Shown here piece by piece: positions 10,170 to 20,426 of a stretch of DNA of 64,000 nucleotides (position 1 is its first letter; the number at the start of each line of letters is the position of its first letter). Below the pieces are notes generated by a model. The model did not search any database. It was not told the origin of the DNA and saw only the letters and a program-made list of their open reading frames with translations. This DNA is from an uncultured Phycisphaerales bacterium (GTDB taxonomy: Bacteria; Planctomycetota; Phycisphaerae; Tepidisphaerales; Tepidisphaeraceae), in NCBI GenBank assembly GCA_963755915.1, contig CAVWLP010000002.1, positions 3,680,001 through 3,744,000 on the forward strand. The letters run 5' to 3'. Both the position numbers and the translations under genes were made by a program.

Positions 10170-11903
10170 TTAAACCATTCCGCGAATGTTGTCCTTGGCC
10201 AGCTCCAGAACCTGGTCCGTGCGGTGGTCCAAAACCATCCGAGTCATAGCCAACGCGAATCCTTTTGCTTCTTCGTAGGTTGCCTTCGGCGGTTTCGCCA
10301 TCGCATCCGGATCGGTGGTGATGTCCAGCAGCGCTGGTCCCGGATGTGCAAAGGCACGTTCAATTGCCGGGGCGACGTCTGCCTTCTTCTCAACCCGTTG
10401 CGCGTGGAAACCAATGGCTTTTGCGATGGCGCTGAAATCCGGATTGTGCATTTCCGTGCCCCAGAAAGGATATCCGCCGACCATCTGTTCCAGTCGAACC
10501 ATCCCCAGCGTCGAGTTGTTGAACACAATGATCTTGATGGGGAGTTTTTGGGAAACGATGGTCAGCAGATCGCCCATGAGCATGGAAAGACCGCCGTCGC
10601 CGCAGAAGGCGACGACCTGGCGCTTCGGGAAAGCCATCTGCGCGCCGATCGCGTCGGGCATCGCGTTGGCCATCGTCCCGTGATTGAACGAAAGCAATAC
10701 TCGTTGCCCGCGTTTCATCCGCAGATGTTGCGCTGCCCAGACGGTGGACATTCCGGTGTCCACGGTAACGATCGCGTCGGGCGCGCAAAGGCGGTTTACG
10801 CAATCCGCCACCTGCTCAGGACGGAGTTTGCCTTCGGATCCTCCATGCTCGACATAGGCGTTGATGTGCTCCATGGCACTCGCGTGGCTGGCGAGCACTT
10901 CATCCAGAAAGGCTCGATCTCCGCCGCGCGGTTTAATCCGCGGAATCAGCGCATCCAGCGTCTCGGCGGTGTGGCCACAAAGCCCCAGTGTTGCCGGGAC
11001 GCGCCGCCCCAAGTGCGTAGGGTCGCTGTCGACCTGGACGATTTTCGGCTTCTTTGGCATGAAATCGACGTACGGAAAATCCGTTCCGAGCATGATCAAA
11101 ACGTCGCATCGATCCAGTCCATGCTGCAAACCTCCCCAACCCAGCAGGCCGGTCATTCCGACGCAATTGGGATTCTCGGCCTCAAGCACGTCCTTTCCAC
11201 GATAGGAAAATCCGATGGGGGCATTGAGCTTTTGTGAAAGTGCCAAAACCTGATCGCGCGCCCCGGCACCCATCGCCGCCGAAAATCAAAGGACGCTTCG
11301 CTGAGTTGATGATTTGGGCCAGCTTGTCGAGGTCGCTGTCCGTCGGTCGAATCCGCGGAAGCTCGGTGCAAAACGGATGCGCCGGTATATCGACTGCCGC
11401 GGATTGCGCCAGCGTATCTCCGGGAATGCAAACCAAACCAACGCCGCGCTTGGTGATTGCAAACTGAATCGCCAGCCTGCTCATGGTCGCGGCCTGGACC
11501 GCCGTATACGCCGCTTCGCAATAGTGGCTGCAATCCCGGAAAATTCTCTCCGGATGCGTTTCCTGAAAATACTCCGTGCCGAGAAATCGCGACGGCACCT
11601 GCCCGGCGATCGCAAAAACCGACGCCCTGTTCCGATGGGAATTGTATAGCCCCTGGATCAGGTGCAGGTTCCCGGGCCGCACGATCCGGCACACGCCGCG
11701 ATTTGCCCGCTCAAAAGGGAATCGGCGCCGGCCGCGAACGCGGCGACTTCCTCGTTTCGACAATGCACCCAGCGAAGTTTTCCCTCGGTCCTGCGAATCG
11801 CGTCCACGATCGGATTGATCGAATCACCGACCACGCCATAAACGCGCTGAATGCCGGCATCGATCATCATTTCCGCGACCTGGTCTGCTGCTGTCGTTGG
11901 CAT
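10170..11903 (-). CDS. poxB: ThDP-dependent pyruvate dehydrogenase (quinone)/pyruvate oxidase; two apparent frameshifts (~11690, ~11230)
   Basis: YGVVGDS, HCRNEEVAAFAAGA, GNLHLIQGLY, YFQETHP, GDGG...NN ThDP motif distributed over three overlapping ORFs. Confidence 0.85.
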
Positions 11904-11980
11904 GAGGTCTCCTTGGGTGAACATCCTCTAAGCGGAGCATGGGGACAAACTGCTTGTCGCAACGCCCGCGGTCATACTTT

Positions 11981-12967
11981 TCAAAGCGCAAGCTGGGGGA
12001 CAAATTCGGTGGGAATGTTGGCACTGGCAACGGCCTCCCCGTCCCATCCATCTTGCGAGTCCAGTTGCTCCAGGAGGCTGTCGACCAGCTCTTCAACCTG
12101 CTCGGCGCTGGGGCGATCGCGCACGCCGAACCCCGCTGCGCGCTTCAGTTTGATCAGAGACTCGCGGGAAACATTGACTGCGCCGGGGGCGTCATCCCAA
12201 TCAATTCGCAGGTCCTTATGAAAACGAATCTGCATTTCCCGCCCCAGCACCGACAACACGATATTGCCCGACAGTTCCAGCCGAACGTCCGGATCAAGCA
12301 TCGAATCCTCCACCGCAATAATTCTCATCCCGCGTTTGCGCACCCATTCCTTTTTCAGGTTCAGCAGAAGTTCAACGATCTCCTCGCTCGAAAACCCCTG
12401 GTAAGGCGTCAGCCGCCTCGGCAGCCGAAGCAGATCACCCATCGGCATCAGATAGTCGATATTTTCACACCCATCGCTGAGCATTTGGTCCCGCTCGCGC
12501 TCGATGGCTTCGTGCCACTGTTCCGCGACGATCTCGCTGGCCCCATTTACCATCGAATTGACGAGATTCGCCACCAGCGCACCGTCCGGCAAAGCTTGAA
12601 ACGGCAGGATGGACGTCAGCGAAAGCGAATGAAGCTTGCGCCGCCGAAATTCGTCGCACTTTTCCACGATCGTTTCCGCCTCATCGAATCGCGGATCCCA
12701 GATGTTTCGCGGACGCGCTTCCAGTCGGGCGCCGTCGATCAGATAGTCCATGGGCACCCCCAGCACGCCGGCGATCCGCGGGATGAAGTGAGCGGCAATT
12801 CCTTTATCGATCCGGTTGATGAAATTGCAGAGGCTCGGCCGGTTCCATCCGATTCGCTTTGCCAGACTGCTCTGGGTCAGAGAACAGGATGGGCTGCCGA
12901 GCAGACCGCTGATTCGTTCAGCCACGCAATCGTAAAATGCAACGTCTTCGTCGGTAATGCGTCTCAT
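11981..12967 (-). CDS. XRE-family HTH protein with uncharacterised C-terminal domain
   Basis: LTQSSLAKRIGWNRPSLCNF...IAGVLGVPMDYL; GGAGG RBS upstream. Confidence 0.75.
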   Translation of the reverse strand: MRRITDEDVAFYDCVAERISGLLGSPSCSLTQSSLAKRIGWNRPSLCNFINRIDKGIAAHFIPRIAGVLGVPMDYLIDGARLEARPRNIWDPRFDEAETIVEKCDEFRRRKLHSLSLTSILPFQALPDGALVANLVNSMVNGASEIVAEQWHEAIERERDQMLSDGCENIDYLMPMGDLLRLPRRLTPYQGFSSEEIVELLLNLKKEWVRKRGMRIIAVEDSMLDPDVRLELSGNIVLSVLGREMQIRFHKDLRIDWDDAPGAVNVSRESLIKLKRAAGFGVRDRPSAEQVEELVDSLLEQLDSQDGWDGEAVASANIPTEFVPQLAL

Positions 12968-13012
12968 AGAACCTCCCGGTTCATTTGGAACAGGGTTTTT
13001 GAGGATTTAACG

Positions 13013-13450
13013 TCACGACTTTCGCAGTTCTCCCTCTGCCAGCACGCGAGCGCTCAGCGATTCCATCGCCGCGATCAGTGCATCGTCGATCGCCTCGTTG
13101 GCATCCAGGATCGCCGCCAGCGCGTAGTTCTCCGCTTCCGTCGCATATTGCCGAAGTTTTTCTCTCTGTCCGGTTTTCTTCCAATCCTCAACCCTCTCCT
13201 TCGCATTCGCCAGCGCACGTTTAACTTTCGAATTCACGCGTTCGCGTTCCTTCTGGAATTGGCTGCTGCGAGCCGCTGTACGAGTCCGAACCTGCTCCAA
13301 CTTCGCCTCGACGGCCCAATTGGCGTGCTGGCCGCCACTGGTAAACGCATTGCGCGCGTCCGTGATCTGACGGATCATCTCCGCCAGCCGATCGTCGATG
13401 CATCGGCCAAGCTGTTCGGGTCTCTCATTCATCGTGGCTCCCGTGGGCAT
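13013..13450 (-). CDS. Hypothetical coiled-coil protein
   Basis: Charged helical 145-aa ORF co-oriented with its neighbours. Confidence 0.6.
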   Translation of the reverse strand: MPTGATMNERPEQLGRCIDDRLAEMIRQITDARNAFTSGGQHANWAVEAKLEQVRTRTAARSSQFQKERERVNSKVKRALANAKERVEDWKKTGQREKLRQYATEAENYALAAILDANEAIDDALIAAMESLSARVLAEGELRKS

Positions 13451-13629
13451 AGCTTGCAGACTCCGCGGTTCCTAAAACAATTGCGGTGCCAATGACCTCT
13501 CGCCCGTCGCGGGATCGCGTAAATCACGTTTACAAAAGGAGCTAAGCTCTTATCCGGTTGAGGGAGGTACGATCTGGTGGGAAGTCCCTGCTGCCGCGAT
13601 ATGGGCATATTGCCCAAATATGGGCAGCA

Positions 13630-16581
13630 TCATCCGGGGCGATCGATGCTCAGCTTGCGCATGCGCCCCTGAAGTGTGGTGCGATTCATCCCCAATCGCT
13701 CGGCCGCTCCACCCTTGCCGCTGATTTTCCACTTTGTCTGTTCCAGGACGTTCAGAATATGCCGGCGTTCCACGTCGGCCAAAGTCGTTTCGCCGCTCTC
13801 CCCCGGCTTCGACGCTTGAGCAGTGCCCGCGACAGCCATCGGCAATTCAACTTCCAACGATCTGCCCCGGCTGATGATCATCCCGCGCTCGATCACATTG
13901 CGCAGCTCGCGAATATTTCCCGGCCAGTCATACTGCTGAAGCGCCGTCATCGTCTTCTGGGGAATCGAACTGATTTTTTTCGCCATCAATTTTGAGAATT
14001 CCCGAACAAATGCTTCGACCAGGCGCGGAATATCCTCGCGCCGATTTCGCAGCGGCGGGACCGCGATGGGAAATACGTTCAAGCGGTAAAAAAGATCGCT
14101 CCGGAATTTGCCCGCTCTGATCGCTTCTTCCAGATTCCGATTGGTTGCAGCTACAACCCGCACGTCTGAACGAAGTGTCTTGTTTCCTCCCACGCGTTCG
14201 AACTCCCGCTCCTGAAGCACGCGCAGAAGCGCGACTTGCGTCTCTTCCGGAAGCTCCCCGATCTCATCCAGAAAGAGCGTTCCGCCCGCGGCCATCTCAA
14301 AGCGCCCCTCGCGCCTTTGCGTGGCCCCCGTAAACGCCCCTTTTTCATGTCCGAACAATTCCGATGCGATCAGCGACGGCGCGATCGCCGCGCAGTTCAC
14401 TCGTATAAACGCGCGACCCGCCCGGCGAGACCTTTTGTGTATCGCCCGCGCAACCAGCTCCTTTCCCGTTCCGGTTTCACCCGTAATCAGCACCGTGGAA
14501 TCGGTCGGCGCAACCTTCACCACGCCTTCAAGGACCTTCTTCAAAGACTTCGATGAGCCGACGATCTCTTCAAACATCGATGCCTGATCGATCTCTTCTT
14601 TCAACGCCACGTTTTCGCGATACAACTCATCCTTGAGCTTCTTGATTTCTTCGTACGCTTCCTCCATCGCCTTCCTGGCGCGGTGCTGCTCCGTTACGTC
14701 CATGAGTGACCCAACGCATTCCAAGTCTTTGGTAGGACTCTCCTCCAAAACCTGCATGACTACGTGAAGGTTCTTGATTGACCCATCCGGCAGAACAATT
14801 CGGTATTCGAGATCCGGAGCGATTCGCTCTTGCGTTATACGAGCAAGCGCCCGGTTTGTGATCTCAAGATCCTCGGGATGCATGCGCTGCATAATCCAGG
14901 CTATCGTGGGTTTGAAGCTGAATGGTTCATATCCGTAAATCCTGAACATCTCCTCCGACCAGATGATCTCCCCGGTCGTGAGATTTAACGCGAAGCTACC
15001 GGTGTGGTTGAGCGACTGAGCCGTCGCCAGGTATGCTTGCCGGCGGCGCAATGCCTCCTCGGCGGCCTTCCGCTTGGTGATGTCAACCACGATGGCCGCA
15101 TACAAAGAACCGGACTCTCCTGCCGACGGAAGCCGCGTCGCATAGCATTCGACCCAGACATCGCTGCCGTTCCTGCGGCGATATCGTTTCTCGTAATAAG
15201 CAGACTCCCGGCGATTTTCGCGAATGTCCCTGTAAATCGCTTCCGACGTCTGAACGTCTTCCGGATGCGTGTACTCGCGCGGATGCATCGTTCGAAGTTC
15301 GCTCTCCGTATATCCCACCATTTTCTGATACGCCTCGTTCGCCGAGACGAAGCGAATGTTCTCGTCGATCAAAACGATACCCACAGCCGAATTCGCAAAC
15401 ACCGCTCGCCACTGCGATTCGCTCTTGCGCAGTGCCGTCGTTAACTGCTCTTGCTCAGTCACATCTATCCCGGTTCCCACAAATCCCCGGCCGCTGGGTC
15501 CCCGGACACCGACGCACCGAACATGCCGAATCGCTCCATCCGGCCGCACAATCCGCTTCGTAAAGTCAAATCCCCGTGGCTCGGACAGCATCTTTTGAAT
15601 TGTTTGCGCCACGAAATCCCGGTCTTCAGGATGCACAAGCGCCAGGTATTCCGCGATATTCGGCGCCTTACGGCCCGGATCCAGTCCGTGTATCTCAAAC
15701 AATTGCGACGACCAATACTCAAAGCCGGTAGAGTTGAAAGCCCAGCTCCCGCTGTGTGCCAGTCGTTGCCCCTGCGAAAGGTAGAACTCGGCCTGCCGGC
15801 GCTCTTCAATGTCGATGCTCGAACCGAACCATTTCACGATCCGGCCGGCCTCGTCGCGAAGCGGCAGTTTCCGATGCAAAACCCAGCGATATTGCCCGTC
15901 AAAACGGCGCACTCGAGATTCGCACTCAAGCGCATTCCCCGACGCGAGGCTCGACCGCCACAGCCTTACCAGTTCGTCGACATCGTCGGGATGGATCTTC
16001 GACATCCAATTCCAACCCTCGATTTCTTGCAGTTGAACCCCCAGATAATCCAGCCAGCCCCGGTTGAAGTAATCCAGGTGTCCGTCAGGCCTGCCGGTAT
16101 GGAGCAGAGCGGGCGTGGTATCGGCCACCAGGCGAATGCTTCGCTCCGCTCGCTTTTGGTCCTCGATGTCGATGGCGGACCCATACCACCTGGTGATTCT
16201 TCCCTTACCATCGCGAATCGGGGCTTCACGGTGCAGTAAAACGCGATATTCGCCATCGGTGCGCCGTACGCGCCCTTCGCTCTCGAAAGGCTCACCGCTG
16301 GCAATTGCCGCGCGCCATTTCGCCAGAAAAACGCCGGCGTCGTCCGGATGAATTCTTTGCGTCCATTTCCATCCGCACACCTCTTCATACGGCGCCCCGA
16401 GAAACGTCAGCCAGCCCTGATTGAAGTAATCGATATACCCATCCGCCCTGGCGCTGTGCAGAAGTGCCGGTGCAGCTTCCACTAAGGCGCGGAAAGAGTC
16501 TTCCTCATTCGAACGAACCTGATCCATGCCGGGCGGCGGTGGTTCGAATGACGGGTATGGTTGTAAGTCGCTTGTGGCCAC
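13630..16581 (-). CDS. Multi-PAS sigma-54-dependent Fis-family activator
   Basis: About five PAS/PAC repeats (IHPDD/HPED), GETGTGKE, GAFTGA, WPGNIREL, C-terminal HTH. Confidence 0.93.
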   Translation of the reverse strand: MATSDLQPYPSFEPPPPGMDQVRSNEEDSFRALVEAAPALLHSARADGYIDYFNQGWLTFLGAPYEEVCGWKWTQRIHPDDAGVFLAKWRAAIASGEPFESEGRVRRTDGEYRVLLHREAPIRDGKGRITRWYGSAIDIEDQKRAERSIRLVADTTPALLHTGRPDGHLDYFNRGWLDYLGVQLQEIEGWNWMSKIHPDDVDELVRLWRSSLASGNALECESRVRRFDGQYRWVLHRKLPLRDEAGRIVKWFGSSIDIEERRQAEFYLSQGQRLAHSGSWAFNSTGFEYWSSQLFEIHGLDPGRKAPNIAEYLALVHPEDRDFVAQTIQKMLSEPRGFDFTKRIVRPDGAIRHVRCVGVRGPSGRGFVGTGIDVTEQEQLTTALRKSESQWRAVFANSAVGIVLIDENIRFVSANEAYQKMVGYTESELRTMHPREYTHPEDVQTSEAIYRDIRENRRESAYYEKRYRRRNGSDVWVECYATRLPSAGESGSLYAAIVVDITKRKAAEEALRRRQAYLATAQSLNHTGSFALNLTTGEIIWSEEMFRIYGYEPFSFKPTIAWIMQRMHPEDLEITNRALARITQERIAPDLEYRIVLPDGSIKNLHVVMQVLEESPTKDLECVGSLMDVTEQHRARKAMEEAYEEIKKLKDELYRENVALKEEIDQASMFEEIVGSSKSLKKVLEGVVKVAPTDSTVLITGETGTGKELVARAIHKRSRRAGRAFIRVNCAAIAPSLIASELFGHEKGAFTGATQRREGRFEMAAGGTLFLDEIGELPEETQVALLRVLQEREFERVGGNKTLRSDVRVVAATNRNLEEAIRAGKFRSDLFYRLNVFPIAVPPLRNRREDIPRLVEAFVREFSKLMAKKISSIPQKTMTALQQYDWPGNIRELRNVIERGMIISRGRSLEVELPMAVAGTAQASKPGESGETTLADVERRHILNVLEQTKWKISGKGGAAERLGMNRTTLQGRMRKLSIDRPG

Positions 16582-16648
16582 GTTCGATCCCGCGCTACGA
16601 TTTCGACATCATCCGGCTTCATCGACTAAAGTCAATTTGTTGTCGTTA

Positions 16649-16891
16649 TTAGTCCCCAATCATCAAATAGCTGGCGGGCACCTTGAGTGATTTTGCCGCT
16701 CTTACCAGCAAATGGGTCGGAATCGTCTGCGTCTTCCGATTGAGAAAATTGAGCAGGCTTGAACGACCCCAGCCGATATCCCCAGCCAGTGTAGCGATGG
16801 TGGAGCCCCGATGTGAATCTTCAATGAGATCGCGGATGCGCTCCGCGATTCCGTCGTAGAAAGCAAGGTCCTCTTTGCTTAGCCGTCCCAA
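16649..16891 (-). CDS. Small XRE-family HTH protein, paralog of the N-terminus of 11981-12967
   Basis: EDLAFYDGIAERI...LAGDIGWGRSSLLNFLNR...LKVPASYL; start (TTG) uncertain. Confidence 0.7.
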   Translation of the reverse strand: MGRLSKEDLAFYDGIAERIRDLIEDSHRGSTIATLAGDIGWGRSSLLNFLNRKTQTIPTHLLVRAAKSLKVPASYLMIGD

Positions 16892-17113
16892 GATGCCGTC
16901 TTGATTGAAGTGACTTCTTATGCACTGAAACGATTGGGCACCCAAGCCGGACATGGCGAATGTTGGCAATCCCAACTCGATTCCTTCCCACCTGTTCACT
17001 CTTTTTTCGATCGCAATCTCAATGGCAAGCAACCGAACAAGAATTGTTGTCAATGCCATCATTTTTGAAGGTCGGCAAGCTTGGTCGCTCAATCCGAACT
17101 ATGGTTGATTGAA

Positions 17114-17602
17114 ATGACATCGGACATATTCAGCTTTATCAGCGCTTCCACGGCGCTGATCGCCACGATCGCGGGCCCATATGTGGCGGTGAAAACCGCC
17201 CGCAACCAGATCAAAGCCAGCCTGATTTCCACGAACCGCGCAAGATGGATCGAATCGATGCGAGATCTCGTGGCTTGCGCCATTTCACATTGGACCGGGG
17301 TCATGTATTTGCGCGCAGGCTTGCATAACCGCGACGCCGTTACAATTGCCACAAACTCGGCCCTTTTAAGCCGCATTGAAGGCGGACTTCTAACCAACAG
17401 CAAAATCCGTCTCATGCTCAATCCGAACGAAGCGGAAAGCCAACACTTAATGAAAACCCTCGACGCCGTCGTCGCCTGCCTGCGCTCGGCAGAGGATCAG
17501 GCCACCGTTGAATCGCAGATGCGCGCTCATCTCGACGAAGTCATTCGAATTAGTCAGGCGATTCTCAAAGTCGAATGGATTCGCGTTAAGCTGGGAGATT
17601 GA
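17114..17602 (+). CDS. Hypothetical protein with N-terminal TM
   Basis: Hydrophobic N-terminus followed by NRARWIESMRDLVA and KIRLMLNP. Confidence 0.65.
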   Translation: MTSDIFSFISASTALIATIAGPYVAVKTARNQIKASLISTNRARWIESMRDLVACAISHWTGVMYLRAGLHNRDAVTIATNSALLSRIEGGLLTNSKIRLMLNPNEAESQHLMKTLDAVVACLRSAEDQATVESQMRAHLDEVIRISQAILKVEWIRVKLGD

Positions 17603-17747
17603 GCCAGTCCCCGATCCCGCTTCCCGGTCAGCGTAACACACATCAAACCCCACCCGAAAAACCGGGCATTCGGCGGCCGATTATGATAAATACTTGCTGG
17701 GCGCTGGGTCGCCGGTTGGCGCACCCTAAAAACGCTAGGAGCAGGCG

Positions 17748-18767
17748 ATGGTTACGAGCGGCAGTTCTGCAACGTCTAAACCCCCCTATCAAGGGAAGCC
17801 CGTTGGGTTTACGCTTGTAGAGCTTCTGGTTGTTATTGGAATCATTGCGATTCTTCTCGGCCTGTTGCTGCCCGTTATTGCCAAGGCCCGCGAGCAGGCC
17901 AACCAGGTCAAATGCATGGCCAATTTGCGCACAATTGGACACGCCATAGCGATGTATGCCTCAGACAACGGCGGTTATCTGCCGTTTGGATTTGTACAGG
18001 TCGGAGAGACCATCGGAAATGGCGGCGTCACCTACTCCGATGTCAGCAATCCAACCGGTGACAAGTCAGATTACGTAGACTGGACCATCCTCATCACCCA
18101 CGAGCTTAGCTCAATAGCGGGCACCAGCAGTCTGAACAACCAGACGACCAGCTCCACCAATCCGGGAGTTCGAGGCTATTTCATTTGTCCCACCGCGCCC
18201 GTCTCGACAGTGAACTGCGATTTTTCAGACTACTCCTGTCACCCCAGGCTTATGCCGGATTTGGGAACGCCCGATTACCTGAATCAGGTCCCCGTCAGCA
18301 GGACCAACCCCGGCTATCTCCCTTATCTAAAGCCCTACAAGCTGGCGCAAATACAACGATCGACCGAAATCGCATTGATCTTCGATGCCTCGGTGGCGTC
18401 TCAATACGGGGCCTTTAACGTCGCGTCGGTTGCCTTTGCGATTGATAATGGAAACGTCTACAACACCCATACAACCTGTCTTTCGGATCAATACGGTTCA
18501 ACGTACAACTCCCAGATGATCGATTCCGGCCAGCCGATTGACCCCTACGCCGGGAAAGAGCCGGCAACGCCCGTCCCCAGCGACTTGAACGCCGACACCA
18601 CCGACAACTGGGGAAACATCCGCTTTCGGCATCTCGGAGAAACCGCGGCCAACGCCCTGATGGTCGACGGCCACGTCGAGGTGTTCCATTTCAATCCGCA
18701 TGAGCCCGCGACGAGCATGACCGACCTGTTGCGAAAGAACATCAACGTCAACCTTTCGACCCCGTAA
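17748..18767 (+). CDS. Prepilin-type N-terminal cleavage/methylation protein with H-X9-DG-like C-terminal motif (DUF1559-like)
   Basis: [18 protein letters not shown]...[10 protein letters not shown]. Confidence 0.9.
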   Translation: MVTSGSSATSKPPYQGKPVGFTLVELLVVIGIIAILLGLLLPVIAKAREQANQVKCMANLRTIGHAIAMYASDNGGYLPFGFVQVGETIGNGGVTYSDVSNPTGDKSDYVDWTILITHELSSIAGTSSLNNQTTSSTNPGVRGYFICPTAPVSTVNCDFSDYSCHPRLMPDLGTPDYLNQVPVSRTNPGYLPYLKPYKLAQIQRSTEIALIFDASVASQYGAFNVASVAFAIDNGNVYNTHTTCLSDQYGSTYNSQMIDSGQPIDPYAGKEPATPVPSDLNADTTDNWGNIRFRHLGETAANALMVDGHVEVFHFNPHEPATSMTDLLRKNINVNLSTP

Positions 18768-19151
18768 CATGCTCCCGCCGGTTAGCGAATCCCGGCAAGC
18801 GTCTTTCGCTACAAAACCAGCCCATCGGTAGAAATCTCGATTTTTCGCTTGATTTTTCGAATTTATGTGAAACAATTCATGGTCTCAAGACGTTTAGTCG
18901 ATGGAGAAAGCTATGCGGCAACATTGGTATCCAGAAAATATGAGTGAGACAGCCAAACGATGCGGGTCATTCCGCCTCGATTTGGCCAATTTATAAACTC
19001 CCTGCCGCGTCGGCCGGGAGTTCTTCCCGGCTGAAAGTAATCAACACTTAAATCCGGGACGCAATTGGAAATACAGCCGGGCGCTTGTTGCGTCCTGCTG
19101 CCAAACAAGAGAGGTCCGCGGAATAACCCCGCGCTGATCCAATCTCGGTTC

Positions 19152-19226
19152 GCGCCTGTAGCTCAATTGGCAAGCAGCGCCGCGCTTACATCGCGGAGGT
19201 TGCTGGTTCAAGTCCAGCCTGGCGCA
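19152..19226 (+). tRNA. tRNA-Val(TAC)
   Basis: Anticodon arm CCGCG-cttacat-CGCGG; T arm GCTGG-ttcaagt-CCAGC. Confidence 0.85.
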
Positions 19227-19271
19227 TGAAAGGACAAAGGCCGTGAAAACGCCTGGAAAATCAGGCCTTTT

Positions 19272-19343
19272 ACGCTGTTAGCTCAGAGGCAGAGCACCCG
19301 CCCGATAAGCGGGAGGCCGGAGAGTCGAGACCTCCACGGCGTA
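19272..19343 (+). tRNA. tRNA-Ile(GAT), degenerate T loop
   Basis: CCCGC-ccgataa-GCGGG; T loop GTCGAGA; acceptor ACGCTGT/ACGGCGT. Confidence 0.65.
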
Positions 19344-19354
19344 CTGAAAATCTC

Positions 19355-19429
19355 GCACTGGTAGCTCAATCGGATCAGAGCTCCGGTCTACGAAACCGGA
19401 GGTTGAAGGTTCGAATCCTTCCCAGTGCA
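19355..19429 (+). tRNA. tRNA-Arg(ACG)
   Basis: CCGGT-ctacgaa-ACCGG; canonical T arm. Confidence 0.92.
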
Positions 19430-19488
19430 CTGGTGTCGTAAGTGATTGTATCTAATTACGATGTATTTGTGGTTGCTGATAAGGTTTC

Positions 19489-19560
19489 GCACTCGTAGCT
19501 CAACGGCGGAGCCACCGGCTCTTAACCGGTGGGTTGCAGGTTCGAATCCTGCCGGGTGCA
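19489..19560 (+). tRNA. tRNA-Lys(CTT)
   Basis: ACCGG-ctcttaa-CCGGT. Confidence 0.92.
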
Positions 19561-19614
19561 TGAAAGGAGAATGTCAGATGAATCGGTTCAGGAGAAAACG
19601 GTGCAAATAATTCC

Positions 19615-19689
19615 GCACCGGTAGCTCAACGGAATCAGAGCAACCCTCTTCTAAAGGGTCGGCTGGGGGTTCGAATCCCTCCCGGTGCA
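19615..19689 (+). tRNA. tRNA-Arg(TCT)
   Basis: ACCCT-cttctaa-AGGGT. Confidence 0.92.
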
Positions 19690-19701
19690 TGCGGACAGTG
19701 C

Positions 19702-19773
19702 GCACCGGTAGCTCAATGGCAGAGCCGCCGCCTTTTAAGCGGAACCATGCAGGTTCGATTCCTGCCCGGTGCA
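19702..19773 (+). tRNA. tRNA-Lys(TTT)
   Basis: CCGC-cttttaa-GCGG; T arm GCAGG-ttcgatt-CCTGC. Confidence 0.88.
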
Positions 19774-19789
19774 TGAAGAGAAAAGTTTC

Positions 19790-19864
19790 GGTTCAGTAGC
19801 CCAACCGGCAGAGGCGCCTGACTCAGAATCAGACTTAGTGCAGGTTCGAATCCTGCCTGGACCA
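19790..19864 (+). tRNA. tRNA-Leu(CAG), short variable loop
   Basis: CTGA-ctcagaa-TCAG; acceptor GGTTCAG/CTGGACC. Confidence 0.85.
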
Positions 19865-19873
19865 TAGAAAAAA

Positions 19874-20111
19874 GTTGCGGTAGCTCAATCGGATTGGCTC
19901 TGTCTCATGAATCATCGCGCGGCCAGACGAAGTGGATTTCGTCCTCGGGCAAGGAGCGACGACGAGCAGTATTGAACGGAAATACGGCGAGGAGGAGCGA
20001 CGCCGGCCGAGGACGAAAGACACGAGTCGGGCCCGCGAGGATTCATGAGACAGAGCCGAGAGCGCGGCTCTCCGAAGGCCGAGGTTGAAGGTTCGATCCC
20101 TTCCCGCGACG
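19874..20111 (+). tRNA. tRNA-Arg(CCG) interrupted in the D loop by a 162-nt insertion
   Basis: 5' part GTTGCGG-TAGCTCAATCGGATT (19874-19895); 3' part GAGAGCG-CGGCT-ctccgaa-GGCCG...GAAGG-ttcgatc-CCTTC-CCGCGAC-G (20058-20111). Confidence 0.85.
19896..20057. mobile_element. MITE-like element with 18-bp perfect terminal inverted repeats
   Basis: GGCTCTGTCTCATGAATC (19896-19913) / GATTCATGAGACAGAGCC (20040-20057); inner pair TTTCGTCCTCGG/CCGAGGACGAAA. Confidence 0.7.
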
Positions 20112-20126
20112 TGAAAGAAAAACATT

Positions 20127-20198
20127 GGGCCCGTCGTCTAACGGGAAGACTCCTGGCCTGCAACCAGGAAATGAGGGTTCGATTCCCTCCGGCGTCCA
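20127..20198 (+). tRNA. tRNA-Ala(TGC)
   Basis: CCTGG-cctgcaa-CCAGG; G3:U70 present; one-base bulge in acceptor stem. Confidence 0.75.
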
Positions 20199-20205
20199 TC
20201 GGATT

Positions 20206-20279
20206 GCTTCGGTAGCCCAACCGGAAGAGGCGCGTGATCGAGGTTCACGTCAGTGCAGGTTCGAGTCCTGCCCGGAGCA
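20206..20279 (+). tRNA. tRNA-Leu(GAG), short variable loop
   Basis: CGTGA-tcgaggt-TCACG. Confidence 0.82.
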
Positions 20280-20292
20280 CTGAAAGCGTTTC

Positions 20293-20366
20293 GCCGCGGT
20301 AGCCCAATGGCAGAGGCGGTGGTCTCAAGAACCGTTTGTGTGTGGGTTCAAATCCCACCCGCGGCA
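20293..20366 (+). tRNA. tRNA-Leu(CAA), short variable loop
   Basis: GTGGT-ctcaaga-ACCGT; acceptor GCCGCGG/CCGCGGC. Confidence 0.85.
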
Positions 20367-20426
20367 TGAAAGGAGAATCCGATGAGTAGCGGCTCATCAC
20401 AAAAAAATAGCGAAGACTCCGATTGC

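Noticed and set aside
11939-13495. 518-aa + strand ORF (and similar long antisense ORFs at 23717-24853, 27516-29129, 33746-35209)
   Set aside because: They lie antisense to well-supported genes, as expected in high-GC DNA
13630-16581. Sigma-54 activator as an RtcR-like regulator of the tRNA/Y RNA locus
   Set aside because: Its sensor region is PAS repeats rather than CARF, and I found no convincing -24/-12 promoter upstream of the array
20127-20198. Reading this tRNA as Cys(GCA) or Gln(CTG)
   Set aside because: The 5-bp stem places TGC at the anticodon and G3:U70 supports Ala
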